A stretch of DNA of 64,000 nt, from the IMG/VR virus record IMGVR_UViG_3300034117_001582, positions 124,001 to 188,000 of that record. The stretch is one strand, 5' to 3'. Both the position numbers and the translations under genes were made by a program. Positions 1 to 10,367 of this stretch are shown in pieces. Each line of letters starts with the position of its first letter. Positions within the stretch are counted from its first letter, which is position 1. A model generated the notes under the pieces. That model saw only the letters and a program-made list of their open reading frames with translations. It was not told the origin of the DNA and did not search any database.

Positions 1-96
1 TTTGTATTTTGGATAATAATATGTATTTAAATTTTGAGTTGGCATTCTTTTTTTAGATAAATACTTTATATGAAGGTATTTATAGGTAAAGCCTGC

Positions 97-846
97 ATGA
101 AAACATATAAATATTCAACAAAAGAAAGAGCGGAAAGGGTTTCTAAAACTTTGGGATGTTCGGGTTCTCACTATCACAATGAGGATGGCGATAGAAAATA
201 TATGCCATGTAAGTCTCACAACATATTCTTATCTAAAACTAAAAAAAATAAAAAAGGGGAAGAACAAGAAGTCACCGAACTTGTTGATGCGGATGGTACG
301 TGGTTATCATCGAATACCCCAATATTAGATCCGGCAAGTACGGGTGTGGGCACAAAAACTATGGACCAAATCATACCGGCAGCAAGAAATCCAAGAGACC
401 CGTTGATGAGAGGGTGGTACGGTTATTATGGTGAAGGTCGTGTTAAAGAAGAAGACATGTCTAAAGCATTTGGATATAAGAATACAAAAAATATGGACGC
501 TAAAGAAACTCTTGATTACTTCAAAGATGAATTAGAAATGGATGATGAATCCGCCGAACACAGAGTTGAGGATGAATTTGGTAAAAGTCCCGAAAGAGAT
601 AAAAAATCTAAATTTAAAAACAAAAAAGGATTTGTTGGAAGACCAATACTTAAAGAAAAAGAAAGTGAAGATATTGCCGAAGACGTATTAGTTGATAAAG
701 AAACAAACGACCAAGAAAATATTAAGAAAAGAGTATTAGATATTAATCCACTTTTAGTTAGAAATATTAAGTCAATTAAAAAAATGGCAAAAGAAAATGG
801 AATAACCGTTAGGGAATTAATAATGATGTTAAAAGATGAACAGTAA
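97..846 (+). CDS. hypothetical phage protein with GCxGxHxH...YMPCxxH putative metal-binding motif
   Basis: ORF 70..846; ATG at 97 preferred because TATTTATA lies at 77-84; Cys/His motif near N-terminus. Confidence 0.7.
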   Translation: MKTYKYSTKERAERVSKTLGCSGSHYHNEDGDRKYMPCKSHNIFLSKTKKNKKGEEQEVTELVDADGTWLSSNTPILDPASTGVGTKTMDQIIPAARNPRDPLMRGWYGYYGEGRVKEEDMSKAFGYKNTKNMDAKETLDYFKDELEMDDESAEHRVEDEFGKSPERDKKSKFKNKKGFVGRPILKEKESEDIAEDVLVDKETNDQENIKKRVLDINPLLVRNIKSIKKMAKENGITVRELIMMLKDEQ

Positions 847-1288
847 TCTATACGATAGAATTGCAATCATACCGGATTCATTGGTTAAACACTTAAATGA
901 TTGTTTTGGATCAACTGAAGGTGATAATAATGTTGAGGGTTATAAAAGAAACCAAGATTTAAGAAAATCAAGAAAGGCAACATACCAACAAATTAAAAGA
1001 ATTAAAAGTTGGTTTGATAGTTATGGTGGAAATAAAGAAGACGCTCCATTTATATTAAATGGTGGTGATAGAATGCAACAATGGTGTGATGAGGTTTTAA
1101 GGGTTTGGAGAGACAACGATTTAAGTGGAAAAAAATTAAAAATGGATACAGGAATGCAAAACCAATTTTTAGATTCACACGAAAAAAATAGTTTTAACTT
1201 AAACGATAAACACGGAACAACCGTAGATGATTTAAAAGTTAACGAGGATGTTAATAAAATTAATAAACTAATGAAAAAAATAATATAA
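836..1288 (+). CDS. hypothetical phage protein
   Basis: 150-aa ORF overlapping upstream stop; IKRIKSWF...LNGG..M..W motif. Confidence 0.7.
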   Translation: MNSNLYDRIAIIPDSLVKHLNDCFGSTEGDNNVEGYKRNQDLRKSRKATYQQIKRIKSWFDSYGGNKEDAPFILNGGDRMQQWCDEVLRVWRDNDLSGKKLKMDTGMQNQFLDSHEKNSFNLNDKHGTTVDDLKVNEDVNKINKLMKKII

Positions 1289-1582
1289 ATGGCAAATCAA
1301 TCAGACAAGTTAGATTTTTCACAACCTGATAATGCGTTATCACAAATTGCTGAAGAACAAAGAAAAAAACTTTTCCCAAGAAATGACTTTAAACCTACTG
1401 ACCCATATTCGTCTGTTCATCCTGATGCAATTGCAAATGGTGATAAGATTGGTAGAGGAACTGGTGGTGACTTAGATATTTATAACCAACAAGCGGGAAC
1501 ATCAACAGACATTACAGAAAGAAAAGACGATTTAAAAGTTAATAAATTCTCATCTAATAACCCATACTACACGGTAACATGA
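1289..1582 (+). CDS. hypothetical protein
   Basis: 97-aa ORF abutting neighbours. Confidence 0.7.
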   Translation: MANQSDKLDFSQPDNALSQIAEEQRKKLFPRNDFKPTDPYSSVHPDAIANGDKIGRGTGGDLDIYNQQAGTSTDITERKDDLKVNKFSSNNPYYTVT

Positions 1583-2013
1583 AACTAGTTAGGAGTTTAA
1601 GTAAAGTAATTACTGAAGTGGCAGCTTTAGATAATGTTCAAAGTAGCATTAAACAAAAGAATATTATCACGATTAATTATGATGGTGACGAGTACGGTAA
1701 AGGTTATCGTGACGTTGAGCCAGTTTGCTTAGGAATTAGTAAAGCCGGTAATATGGTTTTAAGGGCTTGGGAAAGACAAGGGTCTTCACACTCTAATAAG
1801 GTTGATGGTAACCCAATTCCAGGATGGAGACTTTTTAGATTAGATAAAATATTGACTTATGCTTTACAAGGTGATAGTTTTACAGAAGTTAGACCTAAAT
1901 ATAACCCTAACGGTGATAGGTCAATGGAAAGAGTTATTTTAAATGCCGTATTTGATTACACACCAAATACAGATGACATAGAAAATATCGATAATATAGA
2001 AAATATAACATAA
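1579..2013 (+). CDS. stand-alone WYL-domain protein
   Basis: RDVEPVCLG...LRAW...GWRLFRLDKI matches the WYL pattern R.VEP..L...L.A...R.FRLDRI; no HTH. Confidence 0.75.
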   Translation: MKLVRSLSKVITEVAALDNVQSSIKQKNIITINYDGDEYGKGYRDVEPVCLGISKAGNMVLRAWERQGSSHSNKVDGNPIPGWRLFRLDKILTYALQGDSFTEVRPKYNPNGDRSMERVILNAVFDYTPNTDDIENIDNIENIT

Positions 2014-2014
2014 C

Positions 2015-2635
2015 ATGGGAGCAGCAGAGGACTTAATGCAAAGATTGGCAGTATCCAAAAAAATAATGGAGAAAACAGAAGGAATACAAAGGGGGGCAAT
2101 AGATTCAAGACATATTAATTCACCTAGAGTTGAGGAGTTTCAACCCGTACAAGGAAATTACAACATACCACAAGAATACTTACAGGAAAATTCAACACCT
2201 AAATCGTCATACGACGCAACAAAACCACTTGAGTCAGATAGAATTAAAAATTCAAAGTTACCTGACGAAATTAAACAATTAATGATTGAAAGACCAATTA
2301 TTCAACCGTCTTCATCATCACCAACAATTTCAAATGACATTATAGAAGGGGCACAAAGACTAATGAATATGAATTCAAGTAATAATACACAACAAAAAAA
2401 ACCTATTACTGAAAATGTAAAAACAAATAACGTTAGTTCTAATATTAATATGAATGAAATGAAATCAATAATTCGTGACGTTGTAAGAGATACGGTAAGA
2501 GATGTGGTTAGAGAAGAATTAAAAGATGCTGGAATGTTAGTGGAATCAACCACAGACTCAAATGAGGTAATACAATTTAAAGTGGGAAAACATCTATTTG
2601 TTGGTAGAGTAACTAAAGTTAAAAAACTAGCATAA
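2015..2635 (+). CDS. hypothetical protein
   Basis: 206-aa ORF in operon, followed by terminator. Confidence 0.7.
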   Translation: MGAAEDLMQRLAVSKKIMEKTEGIQRGAIDSRHINSPRVEEFQPVQGNYNIPQEYLQENSTPKSSYDATKPLESDRIKNSKLPDEIKQLMIERPIIQPSSSSPTISNDIIEGAQRLMNMNSSNNTQQKKPITENVKTNNVSSNINMNEMKSIIRDVVRDTVRDVVREELKDAGMLVESTTDSNEVIQFKVGKHLFVGRVTKVKKLA

Positions 2636-2654
2636 TTAAAATAATATTATATTT

Positions 2655-2684
2655 AAAATCCATCCTAATAGGGGTGGATTTTTT
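2655..2684 (+). terminator. intrinsic terminator
   Basis: AAAATCCATCCT-AAT-AGGGGTGGATTTTTT hairpin with T run. Confidence 0.7.
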
Positions 2685-2722
2685 GTTTTAATATGGTTAT
2701 GATTAATACAAATAGTTTTTAT

Positions 2723-3937
2723 ATGAGCAAAATTAGAGTATTAGTATTACCATCAGATAAGACGGGTGTTGGTAAGTTTAGAAGTATTGACCCACACGTA
2801 ATGTTACAAAATAACCACTCTGAAGATTTTCACGTGGATATTGATTATGAACCAAAAATTAACGATATAAACTATTGGAAACAATACGATATCGTACATT
2901 TCCATAGGACTATTGGTCAGGACTATGATAATTCAGTTAATCTAATCCAAAGACTTAATTCTTTAGGTCTCGTAACAATAATGGATTTGGATGATTATTG
3001 GTTACCAACAAAAGAACACCCTGTTCATCAAATGGTCTTACAAATGAAATTACATGAAAAAATCATGGCAAATTTAAAAGCCGCAAGTCATGTTACCACA
3101 ACAACATCGGTGTTTGCAACAGAAATTTCTAAGTTTAATAAAAATGTATATATTTTACCAAACGCAATTAATCCAAAAGAAGGACAATTTAATGTTAAAT
3201 CGGAAACTTCAGACAAATTAAGATTTGGTTGGTTAGGTGGTTCTTCTCACTTACACGATTTAAAGTTATTAGATGGGACTATTAGTAAATTGTCACAACA
3301 TAAAGATAAGTTTAGTATGTATCTTTGTGGTTTTGATATTAGAGGTACGGTAACTGAAATTAACCAACAAACAGGAGAACAAAAACAAAGAGATATTAAA
3401 CCTGAAGAAACGGTTTGGTCTCGATATGAAGAAATATTTACAGATAATTATAAAACGGTTGAACCTAAACATAAAGAATTTTTAATGTCATTTAAAGATG
3501 AGGAATATGTTTCGGATGTTTTACCATTCTATAATAGAATTTGGACTAAACCAGTAACAAGTTACGCAGCAAATTACAAATGGTTTGATGTGTCGTTAGC
3601 ACCAATTAAAAACCACATCTTTAATCGTGTTAAATCACAATTAAAAGTTATTGAGGCTGGTTTCCACAAAAAGGCGATTATCGCATCTAATGTTGGACCA
3701 TATACTATTGATTTAAAACACGGACTCAAAAATGGTGAATTTACTGACGGAAACGCACTATTAGTAGATGAAGCAAGAAACCATAGTGATTGGGCAAAAT
3801 ACATGAAAAAATTAATCGATAACCCTAATTGGGCATATGATTTAGGACAACGTTTGTATGAGACGGTAAAAGACACATACGACCTAAATAAAGTAACAAA
3901 AGACAGAGCTGAACTATATAAATCCTTAATAAAATGA
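2723..3937 (+). CDS. GT-B (GT4-like) glycosyltransferase
   Basis: DLDDYW, GWLGGSSH..DL, FNRVKSQLKVIEAG; start MSKIRV preferred over 2693. Confidence 0.8.
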   Translation: MSKIRVLVLPSDKTGVGKFRSIDPHVMLQNNHSEDFHVDIDYEPKINDINYWKQYDIVHFHRTIGQDYDNSVNLIQRLNSLGLVTIMDLDDYWLPTKEHPVHQMVLQMKLHEKIMANLKAASHVTTTTSVFATEISKFNKNVYILPNAINPKEGQFNVKSETSDKLRFGWLGGSSHLHDLKLLDGTISKLSQHKDKFSMYLCGFDIRGTVTEINQQTGEQKQRDIKPEETVWSRYEEIFTDNYKTVEPKHKEFLMSFKDEEYVSDVLPFYNRIWTKPVTSYAANYKWFDVSLAPIKNHIFNRVKSQLKVIEAGFHKKAIIASNVGPYTIDLKHGLKNGEFTDGNALLVDEARNHSDWAKYMKKLIDNPNWAYDLGQRLYETVKDTYDLNKVTKDRAELYKSLIK

Positions 3938-4662
3938 TAAACATACCTATTAACAAAATCCTATTTTTAGACATTGAAACCGTTGGCTTGTGTCGTAATT
4001 GGGAAGGATGTAAAGAAAATCACCCAAATATTGCAGAACAATTTGTAAAATATTTTGATTGGTTTTTAAAGCGTTTCCCTGAAGATAACGTAGAAACAGA
4101 TGGATTAGAGGAAGAACTACAAAAGATGAACGACGTTTATGAAAAACGTTCCGCACTTGTTCCAGAATTTGCAAAGATTGTTTGTGTTTCAATGGCGTTT
4201 ATGACTAAAGATGGTATTAAACAACAAACCTTTTCTAACCACGACGAAAAACAACTATTAATGGATGTTAGAGATTTATTGGATCGTTGCCACAAATTAG
4301 ATTTTTATCTATGTGGACACAACCTTAAAAACTTTGATATTCCAATGTTAGCGAAACGAATGATTATTAATGGAATTATGCCATCAAAGATTCTTCCTTC
4401 ATACGATACCAAACCGTGGGAAGTAAAAGCGATAGATACAAAAGAAATTTGGCAATACGGAGCATACACATCTATTGGTTCGTTGGATTTAGTTTGTTCT
4501 ACTATGGGTATCGATACACCAAAGGATGGACCAATTCATGGGGGAAATATTCATGAAGTTTATTGGAATAACCAAAGTAGATTAGATGAAATTTCAGAAT
4601 ATTGTGAAAAGGATGTTAAAGTATTAGTTGATTTCATAACAAAATTAAAAGAATTAAAATAA
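3934..4662 (+). CDS. PolB-like 3'-5' exonuclease (DEDD)
   Basis: FLDIET, GHNLKNFDIP, YCEKDV. Confidence 0.85.
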   Translation: MINIPINKILFLDIETVGLCRNWEGCKENHPNIAEQFVKYFDWFLKRFPEDNVETDGLEEELQKMNDVYEKRSALVPEFAKIVCVSMAFMTKDGIKQQTFSNHDEKQLLMDVRDLLDRCHKLDFYLCGHNLKNFDIPMLAKRMIINGIMPSKILPSYDTKPWEVKAIDTKEIWQYGAYTSIGSLDLVCSTMGIDTPKDGPIHGGNIHEVYWNNQSRLDEISEYCEKDVKVLVDFITKLKELK

Positions 4663-5273
4663 TGTTTAATAAAATTAAAGAAATAAAAAACCAAATGAAA
4701 ACGTTAAAGGACTTACAAGGTAAGTTTAATGATGTTGATATGTCAAACCCCCAAGCAATGTTAGAATCTATGGGGATTGATGTTGATGATTTACAAAAAC
4801 AATTTGACTCGGAATCACAAAGTATTGTTGATGCGAAAGTACCTTTACGGTTTATTAATGATAGTGAAAATGAAAATCCTGAATATGCGTATCAATCGGA
4901 TTCGGGATTTGATTTAAGATCGTCCGAAGTTATTTGGATACACCCTAATGATAGAAAATTAATATCTACTGGAATGAGATTTGATATTCCCGAAGGTTAT
5001 GAAATTCAAGTAAGATCCAAAAGTGGTTTAGCTTTAAATCAAGGTCTTATGGTTTTGAATTCACCGGGAACTGTGGATAGTGGTTATCAGGGGGAAATTA
5101 AAGTTATTATGTTTAATACCACAAACCAAAAGGTTAAAGTTGAAAAAGGTCAGAAAGTTGCTCAAGCGGTTCTTTGTCCTGTGGTTAGTGGTAAATGGGT
5201 AGATTTAATTAGAGTAGATAACATTAACAATAAAGACCGTAACTCAAATGGTTTCGGTAGTACAGGATTATGA
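4662..5273 (+). CDS. dut: trimeric dUTPase with ~55-aa N-terminal extension
   Basis: GFDL, RSKSGL, GTVDSGYQGE, AQ, RNSNGFGSTG motifs. Confidence 0.95.
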   Translation: MFNKIKEIKNQMKTLKDLQGKFNDVDMSNPQAMLESMGIDVDDLQKQFDSESQSIVDAKVPLRFINDSENENPEYAYQSDSGFDLRSSEVIWIHPNDRKLISTGMRFDIPEGYEIQVRSKSGLALNQGLMVLNSPGTVDSGYQGEIKVIMFNTTNQKVKVEKGQKVAQAVLCPVVSGKWVDLIRVDNINNKDRNSNGFGSTGL

Positions 5274-6733
5274 TAACAATAGGATTTTCAACAAGGAAAA
5301 CTAATCCAGAATTTGTGGATTACGTAAAAAACACATGTCAAATAAAAGACGTAGAAGTTATTGAAAAAGTTAATAATGGTGAAAAAAGTCTTTCAGAAGT
5401 TTATAATGAAATATTAAAAGAATCAAAAAATGATATTGTAATTTTATGTCACGATGATATTGAATTTGATACTAAAGGTTGGGGAAAAAAAATATTAAAA
5501 CATTTCCAAAATTCAGACTTTGGGATATTGGGAGTTGCAGGAACTACGGAGATGCCAGAAAGTGGTATGTGGTGGGAAGACAGACGAAAAATGTTAGGAA
5601 TTGTAAATCATAAAGACCAAGGCAAAAAATGGGAATCAAAGTATTCTAAAAGTTGGGGCGATGAAATAACCCAATGTTGTTTGGTGGATGGTTTATTTAT
5701 TGCAATTAATAAAACCAAAATAAAGAAAAATTTTGATGAGTCCGTTAAAGGGTTTCACTTTTATGATGTGTATTTTAGCACCAATAATTTTTTAGAGGAT
5801 GTTAAAATTGGTGTAATTTATAATGTTAGAATCACCCATAAATCTATTGGTAAAACAAATGAGACTTGGGAAGAAAATAAATTATTATATAAAGAAACAT
5901 ATAAGTCTAACTTACCACTTAAATCTAAAATTAATTTGGATTACGATATAAAAGAATTTAAATTCTTAAAAAAATACAATATTAAAATTGTAATTAATTC
6001 CGGTGAGAATATTGAATGGGTTGATGAGGTATTAAAAAAGATAGATTCATTTAATTTACCTAACTACTCTGTGAATTTAATCTCACATGAAAAAATAAGT
6101 GATGATATTAAAAAATACGAATCAGAAATAATAAAAATTTATGATGGGTTTTTTGATGAGTTATCCAAAAATTTATCAATATTAAAGTGGGAGGATGATT
6201 TTGTGTCAGAAAAAGATGATTTAATATTCTTTATCGATAAAAATGTAAAACTAATAAATAATATTTTTTCTTCTATGTGTAGAATACATCATACCGAAAG
6301 ACCTAATTTTGGTTGTGCGTTTCCTACATCTTTATATGAGAATCTTAGTATTTTTTCAACAAAAATAGATTACATAAGAAATGCAGATAATAATATTAAC
6401 ATTATTTTAAATGATAATAATTCATATTATAACGTAATGAGTGGGTATATGGAAAAGAACACAGCAAACTTTTCAGATGTTTTTGTAACAACACTTACTA
6501 ATTTGAAAAATAATGATTGGTTTGATATACAGTATAATACCAACACATGTTTTAATGATTTTTCCTTAAAATGTTTTTTAAGTAATAAAAAAACATACAT
6601 AGACACAGATTCGTTAGCGACTCAAACTTCTTTTTTAGATTCAGAAAAAATAAACCAAGATATAAACAAACTTTTAGCTAAGATGGTTGAAAATAAAAAA
6701 AGTGAAACATTAATAGGTGAAATGCGTGGTTAA
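5270..6733 (+). CDS. GT2-like glycosyltransferase with second degenerate GT-A-like domain
   Basis: SLSEVYN, LCHDD, GVAG, VDGLF, GFHFYD. Confidence 0.75.
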   Translation: MITIGFSTRKTNPEFVDYVKNTCQIKDVEVIEKVNNGEKSLSEVYNEILKESKNDIVILCHDDIEFDTKGWGKKILKHFQNSDFGILGVAGTTEMPESGMWWEDRRKMLGIVNHKDQGKKWESKYSKSWGDEITQCCLVDGLFIAINKTKIKKNFDESVKGFHFYDVYFSTNNFLEDVKIGVIYNVRITHKSIGKTNETWEENKLLYKETYKSNLPLKSKINLDYDIKEFKFLKKYNIKIVINSGENIEWVDEVLKKIDSFNLPNYSVNLISHEKISDDIKKYESEIIKIYDGFFDELSKNLSILKWEDDFVSEKDDLIFFIDKNVKLINNIFSSMCRIHHTERPNFGCAFPTSLYENLSIFSTKIDYIRNADNNINIILNDNNSYYNVMSGYMEKNTANFSDVFVTTLTNLKNNDWFDIQYNTNTCFNDFSLKCFLSNKKTYIDTDSLATQTSFLDSEKINQDINKLLAKMVENKKSETLIGEMRG

Positions 6734-7514
6734 AATAGTTTCAGGTTATTCGGATAAGGGAGGGTCAACAACAGCATTTATAAACCTAACCAATTTTTTT
6801 AATGATAATGGTATTGATTGTACATTTTATGGTCCACACGATTGGCATTTAAATAAATGTAAATCAGATTTATTAAAAAATGTAAAATACGATTCAGATG
6901 ATATTGTTATATTTCATTTTTTAGATTTGAAAGAAAGACCTAATGTTAAAAGGGTAATATTATCCTGTCATGAAAAATGGTGGTTCCCTGTTGGAAAAAT
7001 TACAAAATATTGGGACACTGTGGTTTTTTTACATGACCAACATAGAGATTACCATAAAGAATATACTGGCAACTTTGTAATTATTCCTAACCTAAAAGAA
7101 GACTTAAACGTATCAGATAAAACTAATGTAAAAAATATTGCAGGAATTATCGGGACAATAGAAGATAGAAAACAAACTCACGTTTCAATACAAAGAGCAT
7201 TAAAAGATAAGTGTGAAAAAATTTATCTATTTGGTCACGTTGGTGATGATAATTACTTTAATAATTACGTTAAACCATTACTCTTACCTAAAGTGATACA
7301 ATATGGTCACACAACTAATAAACAAGAGATGTATGACATGATAGGTAAAGTATATCACTCATCTAAAGGTGAGGTTGCGTGTTTAGTAAAAGATGAATGT
7401 TATTTAACAAACACTGAATTTTATGGTAATGAAGAAACCAATAATGAGGTATCTAAATTAACAAATAATGAGGTATTAATATTATGGAAAAAACTTTTTA
7501 ATTATGGAAATTGA
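6717..7514 (+). CDS. GT-B glycosyltransferase
   Basis: GGST N-terminal motif, IIGTIEDRKQTH, HSSKGEVACLVKDE; true start may be GTG at 6726. Confidence 0.65.
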   Translation: MKCVVKIVSGYSDKGGSTTAFINLTNFFNDNGIDCTFYGPHDWHLNKCKSDLLKNVKYDSDDIVIFHFLDLKERPNVKRVILSCHEKWWFPVGKITKYWDTVVFLHDQHRDYHKEYTGNFVIIPNLKEDLNVSDKTNVKNIAGIIGTIEDRKQTHVSIQRALKDKCEKIYLFGHVGDDNYFNNYVKPLLLPKVIQYGHTTNKQEMYDMIGKVYHSSKGEVACLVKDECYLTNTEFYGNEETNNEVSKLTNNEVLILWKKLFNYGN

Positions 7515-8076
7515 TAATTCAAACGGGTTTTGGCACCCAGATTTTGCCAAACAACATCACGTTCACAGTCAAAAAGTAAGTGACTGGGTTGTTAAATATT
7601 TATCTGAAGATAAAGAAACTACCGTATATGACTTTGGTTGTGGTATGGGTACATATTTAAATGATTTACACAAAAATGGTTTTAAAAACCTAATAGGTGT
7701 TGAAATGATTCCTCCAAAAAATGATTATCCGTTTGAGATTAAATCTCAAAATTTAGCGGAAAATTTTGATTTTGTGGTTAAGGGTAATGTCATTAGTTTA
7801 GAAGTTGGTGAACATTTACCACCACAACATATGGAGGTATATTTAAATAATATAACTTCACATTGTTCTAAATATCTAATCATTTCATGGGCTTTAAGAG
7901 GTCAAGGAGGTTATGGGCATTTTAATGAATTAAATAATGATGAAGTAATATCCCAAATTGAAAAATTTGGGTTTGAATACTTAAAAGAAGACTCTATGGA
8001 TGTTAGAAAAGATATTGAAGATGGGTATTGGTATTTTAGGAATTCAATAATGATTTTTAAAAAAATTAAATCATGA
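7504..8076 (+). CDS. class I SAM-dependent methyltransferase
   Basis: YDFGCGMG, SLEVGEH, GQGGYGHFN. Confidence 0.85.
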   Translation: MEIDNSNGFWHPDFAKQHHVHSQKVSDWVVKYLSEDKETTVYDFGCGMGTYLNDLHKNGFKNLIGVEMIPPKNDYPFEIKSQNLAENFDFVVKGNVISLEVGEHLPPQHMEVYLNNITSHCSKYLIISWALRGQGGYGHFNELNNDEVISQIEKFGFEYLKEDSMDVRKDIEDGYWYFRNSIMIFKKIKS

Positions 8077-8795
8077 GAATACACGCACACATATTATCAT
8101 GGAACGAAGAAAAAATACTTCCATTCACCCTCGATTATTATTCTTCATTTTGTGAGGAAATTTATATTCATGATAACATGTCAACCGATTCATCTGATGA
8201 GATATATAAAAAGTACCCAAAAGTAAAAGTATTAAAATGGAATAGTGACGAACAGATAAATGAAATGAACTACATAAACCTAAAAAATAACGAATATAAA
8301 AAACACAGTAGAGATAAAGGGGTTGATTGGGTTATTGTTTGTGATTGTGATGAATTATTATACCACCCTAATTTAATAGAAATTTTAGAAGAGTATAAAG
8401 AAACCGGTATTACGGTACCAAAAGTTTGTGGACATGATATGGTTAGTGAAATATTCCCCATTTATGACGGTGAGTTGATTACTAAAAAAATAAAAATAGG
8501 GTCAGATCGTTACCAACCCATGTGTAAAAATATTATATTTAATCCTAACGTTGATGTTAATTTTGGTGTGGGAGCACATAGTTTTTCATCATCAAATGGT
8601 ATTTTTTCTGAAAATGAAGATTTAAAATTACTACACTATAAATTTTTAGGCAAAGACTATGTAAAAAAACTTTATGTCGATAGAGCTAAAAGACTATCAG
8701 CATTTAATAAACAAAACAAGTTCGGAGAACATTACTTTAATTTACCTTTTAAATATATGGACGAGGTGTTAAGTAAAAACCAAGAAGTAATATGA
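8073..8795 (+). CDS. GT2-family glycosyltransferase
   Basis: WNEE..LP, DNMSTD, DCDE, LLHYK. Confidence 0.8.
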   Translation: MRIHAHILSWNEEKILPFTLDYYSSFCEEIYIHDNMSTDSSDEIYKKYPKVKVLKWNSDEQINEMNYINLKNNEYKKHSRDKGVDWVIVCDCDELLYHPNLIEILEEYKETGITVPKVCGHDMVSEIFPIYDGELITKKIKIGSDRYQPMCKNIIFNPNVDVNFGVGAHSFSSSNGIFSENEDLKLLHYKFLGKDYVKKLYVDRAKRLSAFNKQNKFGEHYFNLPFKYMDEVLSKNQEVI

Positions 8796-9619
8796 GAAAA
8801 ATTTTAGTTTCAGATTTTACAACAAAAGAAGTTCCTCATGGTGGATCAGAATGGGTAAATCAAGTTTTAATAGAACAATTAGGATTAGAGTTTGAATATT
8901 CACAAAACTTACAATCATTTGATTCAAATACTTTTTATATCATATCTAACATATCATTAATGAATCCTTCACTGGTTCGTCAAATACCTAATCTCAATTA
9001 TATTATAATTGAAAATGATTATAAAATTTGCCCGTCAAGACATCCTTGGCGTTACCCTGATAACATTATACCATTAAGTGATAGAATCAATTACGACTTA
9101 TATAGTAATGCGAAAGCGGTATTTGTTCAAACTACAGACCACATGAATGTTTATTTAAAAAATGATGTTAAGGCTAATTTTATAAATTTAGAATGTTCAA
9201 TATGGTCAGATTCGGATATCAAATTATTAAACGAGTTATCAGAAAAAAATAAAATAAAAAATGGTAAATATGGTGTCTATTATACAAATAACTGGATTAA
9301 AAACACACAAGGTAATTTAAAATATTGTAGTGAAAATAAATTACCATTCTCTATTATTAAAGAAAGTCACGATAGGGTTGAGTTTTTAGATAACCTATCT
9401 AAATGTGAGGGGTTAGTTTTCTACCCTTTAGCAAGAGAAACCTTTTGTAGATTGGTTGTTGAGGCTAAATGTATGGGACTTAAAGTCATTACCTCTAAGA
9501 ATTACGGAGCATCGTTAGAGACTTGGTTTGATGAGTTATCAGGTAAATCTTTAATTAGTTTTTTAGAGACAAAAACAAAAGAAAATATAAATAAAATAAA
9601 AAACTTTTTACAATTATGA
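8792..9619 (+). CDS. GT-B glycosyltransferase
   Basis: GGSE N-terminal motif; ETFCRLVVEAKCMG (EX7E). Confidence 0.7.
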   Translation: MRKILVSDFTTKEVPHGGSEWVNQVLIEQLGLEFEYSQNLQSFDSNTFYIISNISLMNPSLVRQIPNLNYIIIENDYKICPSRHPWRYPDNIIPLSDRINYDLYSNAKAVFVQTTDHMNVYLKNDVKANFINLECSIWSDSDIKLLNELSEKNKIKNGKYGVYYTNNWIKNTQGNLKYCSENKLPFSIIKESHDRVEFLDNLSKCEGLVFYPLARETFCRLVVEAKCMGLKVITSKNYGASLETWFDELSGKSLISFLETKTKENINKIKNFLQL

Positions 9620-10365
9620 AGGTAACCTTATTTACGGTTTTTTGGTTAAATGGTAATATTGAAAGAACCAGAAACGCCGCTTTTTCACAAATTAAACTTA
9701 AAAACCTTTGCAACTTTTTAAAAAAAAATGGAGTAGATGCCGATTTTTTTACGTTTGATTTTTCTATAAAAAAAACTATTGACTGTTCAGTCCACATGCC
9801 TTACAACCCATCCCAATACCATAGGTCAAAAAAAATGAACATGTCTATGAATCATATATTAAAAAAAAATAATTCAGACGTATTTTGCCAATTTGATTCT
9901 GATATTTTTTTAAATGAGGATAAGTATGTTGATTTTTTAAATCTTTTAAAAAATTTAAAAGATAATGAATTTTTTATTGCTCAAGTATTAGACATTTCTG
10001 AAAAATCTTTGGGTAATATAAACTTTGATTCGGTGGATGTTGATTTAAATGGTATTATAGTCACACCCAGAACCATTACAGGATTAGGTGCTGTGTTTAT
10101 AACACACACTAAAAACATAATTGAAGTTGGTGGGTTTGATGAAAGATTTGAAGTGTGGGGTGGTGAGGATGACGATTTAGCTGAGAGATTAATGAGACTA
10201 GGTAAATTAAGGAAGTTATGCCCATTCAATTACTATCACTTACCACATAAGTCTTTAGAGGCCGAATCTAAAAATAATATTAAATATCATGAACAGGTTA
10301 ACATAATAAGGTCTGACTCATCGAATATTAGACCTTCATTTATGAACAATTATAATATAAAATAA
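9616..10365 (+). CDS. GT2/GT7C galactosyltransferase-like protein
   Basis: DSD, GGFDERFEVWGGEDDD, YHLPH. Confidence 0.8.
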   Translation: MKVTLFTVFWLNGNIERTRNAAFSQIKLKNLCNFLKKNGVDADFFTFDFSIKKTIDCSVHMPYNPSQYHRSKKMNMSMNHILKKNNSDVFCQFDSDIFLNEDKYVDFLNLLKNLKDNEFFIAQVLDISEKSLGNINFDSVDVDLNGIIVTPRTITGLGAVFITHTKNIIEVGGFDERFEVWGGEDDDLAERLMRLGKLRKLCPFNYYHLPHKSLEAESKNNIKYHEQVNIIRSDSSNIRPSFMNNYNIK

Positions 10366-10367
10366 AT

